Shown here piece after piece: positions 54,523 to 64,000 of a stretch of 64,000 bases of DNA (the first letter of the stretch is position 1; each line of letters starts with the position of its first letter). The stretch is taken from NCBI RefSeq assembly GCF_000372725.1, contig NW_005201392.1, forward strand, positions 475,660 to 539,659, read 5' to 3'. The translations under genes were made by a program, and so were the position numbers. Source of the stretch: Emiliania huxleyi CCMP1516 (Eukaryota). The notes below the pieces were generated by a model. That model made no database searches. It saw only the letters and a list, made by a program, of their open reading frames with translations, and was not told the origin of the DNA.

Positions 54523-55405
54523 TTCTGAACTCAGCGTGGAGACAGGCTTGAATTCTTCGACCCTGTCCTCCTCCCCCATCCCTCGCTTGGGTTGCCTGTT
54601 TTCTTTGTTGCTTTCTGAATTCTTCGGCGCTGAAGCCCTGATAGCAAAATCCGAATACCCGTACCGTGCACAAATGTGGCGATGTGAGCGGGGGCAAGCC
54701 TTAGCTGGTGCCAAGACATCCGTAAAGTTGAAACCAAGAACGTCCGCCAATTACGTGCTTTCGGCGCAACCTGAGTGAGGGGAAGCCGCTGATCGAGCCC
54801 AGCGTGCCCGCGGCCGCCTCCCGCGCAGCACCGCCGCTGGGGACGACACGCTGCGGAATCGGATCGAGCCCATGGAAGAGCAAGAGGAGGGCAAGGGGCG
54901 AATTGGAGGCGGAGGAGGAGGGCGCAGTCGACGAATGGGAGGAGGAGGGCGCAGTCGACGTTGGCGTGTCTGACTCAGAGGAGGAGTTGGAGGTGCAGCC
55001 ATGGGTGCTCCGGCAACCTAACCTGATCCAGAAGCTCGCCGACGTTGTCACTCAACGTGCGCCATGCGTGATCGAGCTTGAGGGAGGAGCTCAGCTAACG
55101 ATTCGGCCGGCCACCCAACGCCGCCGCCCATACCCGCCACCCACAAAGCGCCTGCTCTACTATCCCGTACCACCCGCTCCACTTTCCACGGATCATGCCC
55201 GTGATAGCACCAACCATCACTGCCGCCGTCCTGGTTTTGAACGTGGCAGCTAGACTCTAGGAACTCGGTTGTGACCCCCCTGAGTGAGGAGCAGGAGAGA
55301 GAGCTTTTGTGTTTTGTTTTGAGCTTTTGTGGTGTTCGTGTACGCAAAAAGGGACACTGCGGAATCGACCCTATCAAGTGCTCAAGTGCTCAAGGGGAAT
55401 TACAC
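54523..55405 (+). mobile_element. Cassette repeat family E, copy 2 (W-leader-ORF-trailer-Y), flanked by a ~50-bp duplication
   Basis: Near-identical to 60800-61577; flanking repeat at 54471-54522 and 55406-55454. Confidence 0.8.
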
Positions 55406-55515
55406 CTAGGACAGTGTTGTCGTGCGGCTGCCTAGCTCAGATTCGCGCAAAGAAATTTATTTCTTACGAGGGTTCTTTTCTTTGTTTCTTCTCTGAATAT
55501 AAACGACTGGGGCCG

Positions 55516-56646
55516 ATGATGTTCGTCGCGGCGCTATCAGCCGCCACAAGTGAGGAGACGAGGTTCTGCGAGAGTGAGTCCGTGGTTCTGCCGGTGATTG
55601 ACCTTGCAGTGGCAGATGAAGCCCAGACGTCAGCAGCGCTGACCGCTGCCGCCTCAGAACACGGCTTCATGCTGGTCGTTGGCCACGGCATCGCCTCGGC
55701 GGCTGCAGAGGCTGCGCAGTCACTGCAACACCGCCTGGAGACGTCTACGCCCGAGCAGCTAATGAGCTGGCGCCGCAATAAGGTCGGCTATGGGCCCGGG
55801 CTACAGCACGCGAAGCACAACAGCTCTCGCAAGACGCTGGAGGGCAAGTACGAGGCGTTGCAGCGTGAGGACTTTGTGTTTGTCTCTCCAGACGACGCGA
55901 CGCGCAAGGCAGCAGGCGACCCGCACTACTCTCGCGAGGCGGCTGCCGTGTGGTACGGTGACGTCGAGCCGCTCTGCCCCGACGAGGCGCTGTGCGCCGC
56001 GTTCGCGCGCCACTACCGCGGGGCCGAGGGCCTCGCCGCGCAGCTGCTGCGGCTGTTTGCACGCGCCGTGACGGGCGATGCGGACGCATGGGCCGCACAC
56101 GCGCGCCGGCACAAGTCCAACCTGGTCGGTGCCTACCACCGCGCGGGCGTCGCGCACGAGCGCGTCTCCGCGCACTCGGACGCCAACCTCTTCACGCTGA
56201 TCCACTACGGCAGCGGCGGCCCCGACGGGCTCGAGATCTTTGACCGTGGCTGCGCTGGCTGGCTGCGCGTGCGTGGCGCGCAGCTGCGCGACGCCCACGG
56301 CGCTGATGCAGGCGCGCCGCCGCTGCTGCTCAACATTGGCGACGAACTTGCCTGGCTCTCAAATGGCCGCTTCCTCTCGACGCCGCACCGCGTGACCGAC
56401 CGCTCTGCCTCACCGCCGGCGCGGCTCGCCCTCATCTATTTCTTCGCCGCCAGCTACGATGCGGTGCTCGAGCCGCACGTGCGCCGTGGCGAAGTCAAGC
56501 GCTACGACGGTGCGAGACTCGCCGGTCGTTTCACGTACAACTATCGAACGGCGAGCGCAGCGCAGCGCGACGCTTTCGACACGTGGGCGAAGGAGGCCGG
56601 GCTACCTGCCGCGGAGCACATGAGCACAGGCAAGAGCGAGCTGTGA
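55516..56646 (+). CDS. 2OG-Fe(II) dioxygenase (IPNS/DIOX-like)
   Basis: LPVIDL..GFMLVVGHGI; HSD..FTL; LNIGDEL..SNGRFLSTPHRV; RLALIYF. Confidence 0.9.
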   Translation: MMFVAALSAATSEETRFCESESVVLPVIDLAVADEAQTSAALTAAASEHGFMLVVGHGIASAAAEAAQSLQHRLETSTPEQLMSWRRNKVGYGPGLQHAKHNSSRKTLEGKYEALQREDFVFVSPDDATRKAAGDPHYSREAAAVWYGDVEPLCPDEALCAAFARHYRGAEGLAAQLLRLFARAVTGDADAWAAHARRHKSNLVGAYHRAGVAHERVSAHSDANLFTLIHYGSGGPDGLEIFDRGCAGWLRVRGAQLRDAHGADAGAPPLLLNIGDELAWLSNGRFLSTPHRVTDRSASPPARLALIYFFAASYDAVLEPHVRRGEVKRYDGARLAGRFTYNYRTASAAQRDAFDTWAKEAGLPAAEHMSTGKSEL

Positions 56647-57136
56647 AAGTTTAGTGTGACGCCCAGCGAGGGGCGTGCCTCTCCATGACCGAATGCGCGG
56701 GTGCGCATTCACACTTTCCGAGATATTACGTCACGTAAAAGCAACTCGATTGCTTTTACGTGATTACGCGGCGTAAGGTAAGGTAAGGTAAGGTAAACGT
56801 CTCGTGCGGCTATACGCGCCGAGAGCGCGGATATATTTGCTATTTGGGAGCTATTGCGATTGCATCGCTATTTCGGGCGTATCGGCGCGCCGACGGTCGC
56901 CGAAGTGTTGTAGTCTATTCCTGGCTCCTCCTGACCGCCCACGCACCCTCGCACCCGACGGTGCGTGGAGCGCTAAACTTCTGTAGTATGTAGTAGAAAA
57001 GGGTAGCACGCAATCTTCTATCAGCGGACCGTCCCACCGCCCGTCCACACACCCCTTACCTTCCCCCGCCCCGAGAGACGCCAAGAGCGCCACAATGCTC
57101 AAACAGTGAACGGTTTCCCTCTCATGTCTCATCAGT

Positions 57137-60076
57137 CTACGCGGCCTGCAGCAGCTCGACAATGAGCTCGTGCTTGTTGCTCCTCGCGAGGCTAAGGGCG
57201 GTCGTCGCGTTGTTAGTCGTCGCGTTGTAGGTCGTCGCGCTGTCGGTCGCGACGAGGCCTTTCTTGGCGCCGAGCTTCAACAGCGTCCTCACGGCGTCCA
57301 TGTGCCCGTCGTTGGAGGCACGCATGAGTGCGCTCATGCCTGTTTTGTCCGTGTGGTTCACGTCGGCCTTGGCGTCGACGAGGGCCTCGATCGCCGTTGC
57401 ATGATTGTTCCACGCCGCCTGGATGATTGGCGTCGTACCGTCGCCGCGCTGCCCGTTGATCGCAGAGCCCGCGGCGAGCAGCTGCGCGATGACTTCAAGG
57501 CTGCCGCTGCGTGCGGCGCCGATGAGCGCGGTGCCGCACGGATTCTCCGGGCTCTTGGCGACCAGGTCAGCACGCGCGCCGCGCTGCAGCAGCGACGAGA
57601 CGATCGACACGCAGCCACCCTGCGCGGCGAACATGAGCGCGCTCACGCCCTGCTCAGTGACGAGGTCGAGCGACGCGCCGGCATGCAGCAGCGCCGCAGC
57701 GACCTCCGCGTGCCCTTCGCTCGCCGCGGCGATGAGCGGCGTCGTGCCGCCTTCCTCCGCGACGTCCGGCTCGGCCTTCGCCGCGAGCAGCGGCCGCACG
57801 ATGTCGACGGACCCCTCGATGGCGCTGAGCAGCAGCGCCGTCACGTGGCGCGTCGAGCGCGCCGCGGGCTTCGCGCCGCTCTCGAGCAGCAGCTGCACGC
57901 ACTCGGCGGATGCCGCCGCCGCAGCGAGCATCAGCGGCGTCACGCTGTTGTCGGCACTCTCGTTTGCGCTCTCCGCGGAGTAATTGCTCAGCGCGAGCGC
58001 GGCGCGCACCGCCTCCACGTCGCCGACCTCCGCCGCCGCGAGGAGCTTCGAGCCGCGCCGCGCCTTGCGCGTGGCGTCCTTGTAGAACGGCGTCGCGACG
58101 ACCAGCCGTGGCGGCCGCTTGTGCGTGAGGCACAGCCGCTCCGCCACAATCTGGTGGCCTCCCGCTTGTGCGAGCGCCACCACCGTGCCCGGCCACGGCT
58201 GATGGCGCACGATGCCTGAGGCGAGGAGCATCGAGAGGGCGTGCAACGCTCGTCGCTGCGACGCGCTCGGATCGTGCCCCCAGGAGACGCACCAAGTGCT
58301 CACCGCGTCGGCGTGCTCGGCCGCCACGCCGCCGCGCGCCGCTGCCATCCCAAGCAGCGCGGCCGCCTCCGCGTGGTGGTCGTTCCGCGCGAGCACCTGG
58401 GCGGAAGCGCGCATGCGTCCCGCGACCGCGGCGTCGTCGCCCGTCTCGTCCGCCCACGCTGCCTCCGTCGCGAGCGACGCGAACATGTCGCTCCGCGCGC
58501 GGAACGCATCGCGAGTCGCCTCGATAAACCCCTCCTGCTCGTTGAAGAAGTATGCGCCGCGCCGCGCCGCGCGCCCGCACACCACGTCGAGCTCGCCGGT
58601 CTGCGGCGCTCCCGGCACGCGCATCGACTCCAGGACGGAGATGTGCGTACGCTGCATCTTGGCGACGACATGGTCCATCGTCTCGTCCTTGAGATTGCAC
58701 GACAACCGCAGCTCAACCACGATCACGCCGTCCTCGACGCGCGGCGCCTTGACGACCTCGAGGCCCGTCAACGGCGCGAACAGGATTTCTCGTTCGTTGG
58801 GGAACTGGCTGAGTTTCGACACGTCCGCTCCCCGATCGATCATCCCCATCTGGATCTGGAAGAGCATCTTGGACGTCTTGCCGCTGTTCGCCATGTAGCC
58901 CAGCGCGACCGACTTGTCCACCGTGGTCGACATGAAGGCAAACTCCACGCCGCCCATCACGTTGTCTTGGTTCGGCTCCCAAAACGCTTTTGGGAGCACG
59001 CCGCCGCTCACGCCACGGTACACGGTGCAGGCGGGGGTGAGACGCGCAAGCTTGATGATCGCCGAGTTGATCGCGTGCAACGTGGTCACGAACTTGCCGC
59101 GCTGGCGCTGGCGTAGCACGCCATTGTACAGACTGAACATTGGGCCCGTGTACAGGCGCAGCCCGGCGACTTCGGGAAGCAGCAGCCCCGCCTTGATCAT
59201 CTCTGGCTGTGCGCCGAAGTCCGCGAGGCGCCAGCCCACGGGATAGCCCGTGTCGCGATCAGGGAAGGCCGAGTCACCCGTTCGTAGCTCTGCGACGTAG
59301 CGCCACTCCGCCTCGGGCGTCGTCGTGCGCTGCTTCTCGGCGTTCCACGCCACGAAACGCGTATCATTAGCGTGCTCAGTGGCCATCGCCGGCAGGAACT
59401 CGGGCGACGGCGTGCCCACGAGGCCCTCGAGCCCGGCAAAGAACTGTTCGACGCCGCCGAAGGAGTAGGTGAACGCGTCGCCGGAGCTCGCGAATTTGGA
59501 GTGCAACGCAGAACCGTCAGCTGCGAGCCTTGTGGCAGTGATGCCGACGAGTCCAAGCTTTTCGACCGACGCACGGACGCCCTGGGACACTGGCATCGAC
59601 GACTCAGCAGCAGCTTCCTTTGCCCGACGCTCCAGCTCTTCAACGCGCCGCCGCAGTTCCGCGTTCTCCGCCACGAGGATCGCACCGTCGGTGGAGGATT
59701 TGTCGCCCTTGGTCTCAGACCTGGCATCGGCGATTAGGCCGCTCATCGCCTCGAGCATCTTCTCCAAGACAGCACGCTCCACTGGCTCGTCATCGGGTGC
59801 GATCGCCTTACGCAGAAGGTCCACACGCTGCTCCTCCCAGTCGAGCCCCTTTTGCTTCAGCAGGTCCGTCAACTCGCTCATAGTGATGTTGACGGTCGCC
59901 GGCTTGCGCCACAGCTTCGTCTCGCTCACGCCGAGATCGGTGGCGGAGGGGAGGGCGTCGGCCGGCTGCGTCGGCGCGGCGGTGTCGGCGGGCGTCGGGG
60001 CGTCGTCGCGTTCGACGGCGGGAGGGCCGGGCAGCTCCTCGGTCGGGGCCTCGACGCGGCTGGAGAAGCAGCCCAT
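57137..60076 (-). CDS. R-S-E-type ADP-ribosyltransferase with C-terminal ankyrin repeats and an N-acylation motif
   Basis: MGCFSS; LRLYTGP; VYRG; FMSTT; SQFPNEREIL; about 7-8 ankyrin repeats; intronless 979 aa. Confidence 0.88.
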   Translation of the reverse strand: MGCFSSRVEAPTEELPGPPAVERDDAPTPADTAAPTQPADALPSATDLGVSETKLWRKPATVNITMSELTDLLKQKGLDWEEQRVDLLRKAIAPDDEPVERAVLEKMLEAMSGLIADARSETKGDKSSTDGAILVAENAELRRRVEELERRAKEAAAESSMPVSQGVRASVEKLGLVGITATRLAADGSALHSKFASSGDAFTYSFGGVEQFFAGLEGLVGTPSPEFLPAMATEHANDTRFVAWNAEKQRTTTPEAEWRYVAELRTGDSAFPDRDTGYPVGWRLADFGAQPEMIKAGLLLPEVAGLRLYTGPMFSLYNGVLRQRQRGKFVTTLHAINSAIIKLARLTPACTVYRGVSGGVLPKAFWEPNQDNVMGGVEFAFMSTTVDKSVALGYMANSGKTSKMLFQIQMGMIDRGADVSKLSQFPNEREILFAPLTGLEVVKAPRVEDGVIVVELRLSCNLKDETMDHVVAKMQRTHISVLESMRVPGAPQTGELDVVCGRAARRGAYFFNEQEGFIEATRDAFRARSDMFASLATEAAWADETGDDAAVAGRMRASAQVLARNDHHAEAAALLGMAAARGGVAAEHADAVSTWCVSWGHDPSASQRRALHALSMLLASGIVRHQPWPGTVVALAQAGGHQIVAERLCLTHKRPPRLVVATPFYKDATRKARRGSKLLAAAEVGDVEAVRAALALSNYSAESANESADNSVTPLMLAAAAASAECVQLLLESGAKPAARSTRHVTALLLSAIEGSVDIVRPLLAAKAEPDVAEEGGTTPLIAAASEGHAEVAAALLHAGASLDLVTEQGVSALMFAAQGGCVSIVSSLLQRGARADLVAKSPENPCGTALIGAARSGSLEVIAQLLAAGSAINGQRGDGTTPIIQAAWNNHATAIEALVDAKADVNHTDKTGMSALMRASNDGHMDAVRTLLKLGAKKGLVATDSATTYNATTNNATTALSLARSNKHELIVELLQAA

Positions 60077-60479
60077 CGTGAGAAGGCCATCGTCTTTGCA
60101 AAGGACACAGGTGGAAAATCTGCAATAGGATTCCTAGGATTCACAGCGCATCTGTGAGCGCTGTCAGAGCGGTGTTTCGACACCGATATCGTTCGAGGAG
60201 AACGCTGATTCAAAATCCGCTGTTCACACTTCACAGGCAAGTGTAAGCGGAGCAGCTGAGCGAATCCTTTGTGTTCACACCTGCTCGAGCAGGTGTGAAC
60301 CGATTTCGGCCTTAGCCGTCGGTATGCCAATAGCGTGCTAGCCAAGTAGTACGCAGTTGGATTCCGAGGGTGTCCCATCACAAGTTCGGCTGTCGACAGA
60401 CGAGATTGTCCCTTAGTCGACAGCACCCGCCTTTGGACGGTGCTCTGACTGGCTTTGAGAATATATTTTTTCTTTTTGG

Positions 60480-61577
60480 TTGCCCGTAGCCCGATCCCGA
60501 TCATCCGGCCCGCTGGGTGCGCTTCTGAGCTCCCCGGCCCTGGATGTGAGGCTGCCGACTGCACTCCAAGTGCTCCAAGTTCACATGGCTAGAGGTTGGC
60601 CTCCCACCGTTGTGAACATAGTCTGGCCCGAAGGAGCCGCTCGTCTCTTGTCCGGGCAAACGCGCGCCCGATAGCCCCATTAAGCACGTGTGAGGGGTAT
60701 CCGAGCGCCGTAAACTCCCTGAGCTTGCTCGTCACGCTGAGCGTCCTATACCCCCACACGAACAAATAGCAAAATATGTTCGTAAGAGCTACATACACTG
60801 AAAATCCGAATACCGTGCACGAACTGCGTGATCTGGGCCGGGCAAGCCTTCAGCTGGTGCCAAGACATTCGTAAAATTGAAGCCAAGAACGTCCGCCAAA
60901 TCCGTGCTTTCGGAGCAACTGAGGGAAAGCCGCTGATCGAGCCCAGCGTGCCCGCGGCCGCCTCCCGCGCAGCACCGCCGCTGAGGACGACACGCTGCGG
61001 AATCGGATCGAGCCCATGGAGGAGAAGGGTGCAGTCGGCGAATCGGAGGAGGAGGAGGAGGGCGCAGTCGTCGACATTGGCGTGTCTGACTCAGAGGAGG
61101 AGTTGGAGGTGCAGCCATGGGTGCTCCGGCAACCTAACCTGATCCAGAAGCTCGCCGACGTTGTCACTCAACGTGCGTCATGCGTGATCGAGCTTGAGGG
61201 AGGAGCTCAGCTAACGATTCGGCCGGCCACCCAACGCCGCCGCCCATGCCCGCCACCCACAAAGCGCCTGCTCTACTATCCCGTACCACCCGCTCCACTT
61301 TCCACGGATCATGCCCGTGATAGCACCAACCAATCACTGCCGCCGTCCTGGTTTTGAACGTGGCAGCTAGACTCTAGGAACTCGGTTGTGACCCCCCTGA
61401 GTGAGGAGCAGGAGAGAGAGCTTTTGTGGTGTTCGTGTACGCAAAAACTACGGGTATGTTCGTAAGAGCTACATACACTAAAAAAAAAAGGACACTGAGA
61501 GAGAAGTACGAGAGAGAAGTACGACACTGCGGAATCGACCCTATCAAGTGCTCAAGTGCTCAAGGGGCATTAAACCT
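60480..61577 (+). mobile_element. Composite repeat: inverted module X + cassette family E copy 3 + module Y
   Basis: 60480-60580 is the reverse complement of X; 60800-61577 matches copy 2; internal 25-bp direct repeat at 60775-60799 and 61455-61479; cassette ORF 61016-61357. Confidence 0.8.
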
Positions 61578-61731
61578 TTTTTTTTCAGCGTGTCTGCTGA
61601 TCTCGTCCAGCAAAAACACAACCGCTCCCAAGACGCACAAGCAGGACACGCTGCTGACCTGGGCCGCTCGTCACGGGCAAGCCGAGGCTCACACGTATCC
61701 GTCACTAGCAGTGCCACTGACTCTGCGCAAG

Positions 61732-64000
61732 ATGCCATCAACGTGCAGCCGTCGTCGGCGACGACCATCAGGGTTGCTGCTCCTCACAGCCTCGCCATTC
61801 TCGCTCGCGCTCGCCGCGGTGAGCGCTCGCAATGGTGGCCTGCCGGCACCAACCTACTCCCTTCACGACGCCGCTGCAGCTGGCGACATGAGCGCGGTCG
61901 ACCTGCTCCTCAGCGCTGGCCTCTCGAGCAACGAGCTCAACGCCAGGCGAAGCACACCGCTGCACATTGCAGCCCTGAAAGGACACCGCGAGATTGCAGC
62001 GCTGCTGCTGGCGCACGGCGCTGACCCGAACGCCGCCAATATGGGCGGCAGCACGCCGCTCCATGCCGCCGTTGAGATGGGCCAGCACGAGCTCGCAGAG
62101 TTGCTCGTTTCAAGCGGTGCAGACGCCTCCTCGCCGTCAGGCCTGCTGTCGCCCGAAAGTGCAGCCCCTCGCATGATCGCAGCGACCGGTCCGTGGGGTG
62201 GTGCCTAGGTGAGGGGTCACAGCCGCTCAAGATGGCCCTCGGCCAAGGGGATGCCGGCATGCTCGCTCCGCCCTCCTGCGCGGCGGCGCTCTCTCCACGC
62301 CTCTCTTGTGATTGTGTGCACGGCTGTCCTGGTCAGGCATGCTCTGCGCCCTCCTGGGCGGCGGCGCAGCCCTCGACGGTGAGACGGTGCAGGCCGCCTT
62401 TTGGACGGCGGCGCGGCTGGCCGAGCAGACGGCCGACGGCGGGCTGCTGCCGGAGGAGGTGCCTCGGCTGCTGCACCACGTGTTCGACGCGGACTTCGCG
62501 CACCTGCAGGGGCGGCGGCGCTTGACGTACAACGTCACCTGCCGGCAGCCCGCCGAGCACGCGCCAAAGACGCGCTCGGAACATGAGCCGGGGTTGCGGC
62601 GCCCGCGGAGACCGAGGGAGCTTGCACCAAGCTGCCACGAACCTTCTCACCTTCCTGCAGGTACCTGCGTCGTCGGCGAGGAGCTGCTCGGAGGAGGAGG
62701 AACCTCCCCTGAGAATTCTCGGAACCTCCCTACAGGTACGGCGTCGTGGACGAGGAGCTGCTCGCCGTGCCGCTGCGGGAGGGGCGCGCGTGCGTTGGCG
62801 GCGCGTGTTGCGAGGCGTGCTCTCGCCGCGCACCTCCTTCCCTCCCAGCTTCACCTCTCTCGGGGCAGCGCCCCGCCTGCGGCGCCGTGCCCGCTCACGA
62901 GCTCAACCATATGATTCATCGACCAAGCTTGGCCCTCTGACTATTGCACTTTGTCTGTATGCCTTCCCCTGTGACGCCACACAACGCCTCGTGTGTAAAA
63001 ATGCCCCGTGTGTTCCGCGAGTGCGTGCGCCCCGTCATCCGTGTGAGCACGTGTGTAACGCTGACTGACTGCTTGGGGGCTCGTAGGTGTGCTCACGGGT
63101 CACCTTCGACTCGCTGTGCACGCCCGAGGAGGCGGACGCCTTCCGGCAGGAGCTGGAGGTGGTCTGGTGCGCCAGCGACCGTGCCTCGTTCCATAGTAGC
63201 GTACTCGCCCTTGCGTGCCCCCTCAGCCCCCACGACCCTCGCGAGTCCAGAGAGAGATGGAGCCGGCGGCTGTGGTCTCTAGAGTGCGCCGGCCCGTGCT
63301 GTTTGCAGGCCGGACGACACGGGCCACCAGTTCAGCCTCTCCAAGTGCGCGTTCCGCGACGTGCGCACGTCGCTCCTCTTCGTGCGGCTCGTCGAGCGGA
63401 TGCGCCGCTCCATTGCGCACGAGTTTGGGCTGCCTCTCTCCACCGTCACGCCGCTGCAGACCTTCGTCTCCTTCTTCGAGGGACGGGGCGCCCAGCAGGG
63501 TGCGTGACGCGACACACAGAGAGACAGGGCGCAGGGAGCGTCAGAGACGCGTCGGACCTGGCGCCCACACGTCGCGAGACGCACCCCTCTGGCGCCGACT
63601 CGCCGACCTGCAGGTAGTAGTGGTAGTGGCAGGCAACCTTACTTCCGTGATCGGACCCCTCTCCACGCACCACGCCGACCTGCAGGTGGGCTGCACTCAG
63701 ACGAGAGCACCTTCCCCGAGTTCCACTACTCGGCCGTCCTCTACCTCTCCACGCAGGGCGACGACTTTGAGGGCGGCACCTTCTCGTGGAGCGACCCGCC
63801 CGAGGCAGCCCCGCCCGAGGGGCAGCCTCGCCGCCACGTGAGGAGGCGGCGTGTCTCTTCACACTGCGGGGCCGAGTGAGTTAGGCGCCGGGCGGGCCGC
63901 GCGTCGCCACGCCCCTCGCGCCCAGCAAAGGCGCCGCCGTCGTCTTCTCTAGTGGCTGGGAGAACATGCACGAGGCGGAACCCCGCTCCCGGTCGGGCCG
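61732..64000 (+). CDS. Ankyrin-repeat + OGFOD3-like 2OG-Fe(II) oxygenase (multi-exon, runs off the window end)
   Basis: TPLHIAA/TPLHAAV ankyrin repeats; HSDESTFPEFHYSAVLYLS..DFEGG..FSSGWENMH. Confidence 0.75.

Noticed and set aside
54750..54800. Hammerhead ribozyme in the family E leader (CTGAG..GAAAGC)
   Set aside because: No complete CUGANGA-stem II-GAAA core could be built on either strand in any copy.
55372..55395. Dinoflagellate spliced-leader relic (ends in GCTCAAG)
   Set aside because: Only the last 7 nt match; the CCGTAGCCATTTTG part is absent and the motif belongs to a longer repeat.
48061..55395. Single composite TIR transposon from X (48061) to Y (55395) carrying UBE2O and ERI1
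   Set aside because: X/Y similarity is limited to the short tandem motif, there is no TSD, and this Y belongs to a separate insertion with its own flanking duplication.

Overview
GC-rich eukaryotic genomic DNA. GC-AG introns, simple-repeat-filled introns and the gene families present suggest a haptophyte such as Emiliania/Gephyrocapsa huxleyi (inference). There is one 100-N assembly gap. About 20 genes or gene fragments are recognisable: BTB-BACK, a RING-cullin-BSD chimera, sulfotransferase-like, condensin HEAT subunit, DENN-PDZ, pseudo-receiver-TIR, U1A/U2B'', PCIF1-like, DUF1415, RRM, secreted LRR, UBE2O-like, ERI1-like, 2OG oxygenases and an ART-ankyrin protein. The most unusual signals are: (1) a very recent LTR element (identical 189-bp LTRs, CAAGT target-site duplication (TSD), tRNA-Leu-like PBS, PPT) with CG...CG termini instead of TG...CA, no gag/pol, and two overlapping ~1500-codon frames; (2) several intron-generating processes, namely two Introner-like repeat families and introns built from a 20-27-bp exon duplication plus a shared filler; (3) modular repeats in promoter regions, some with conserved flanks around swappable ORF cargo; (4) a cullin chimera that has lost its NEDD8-acceptor lysine. 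All calls were made by eye with no database searches, and exon boundaries are approximate unless stated.
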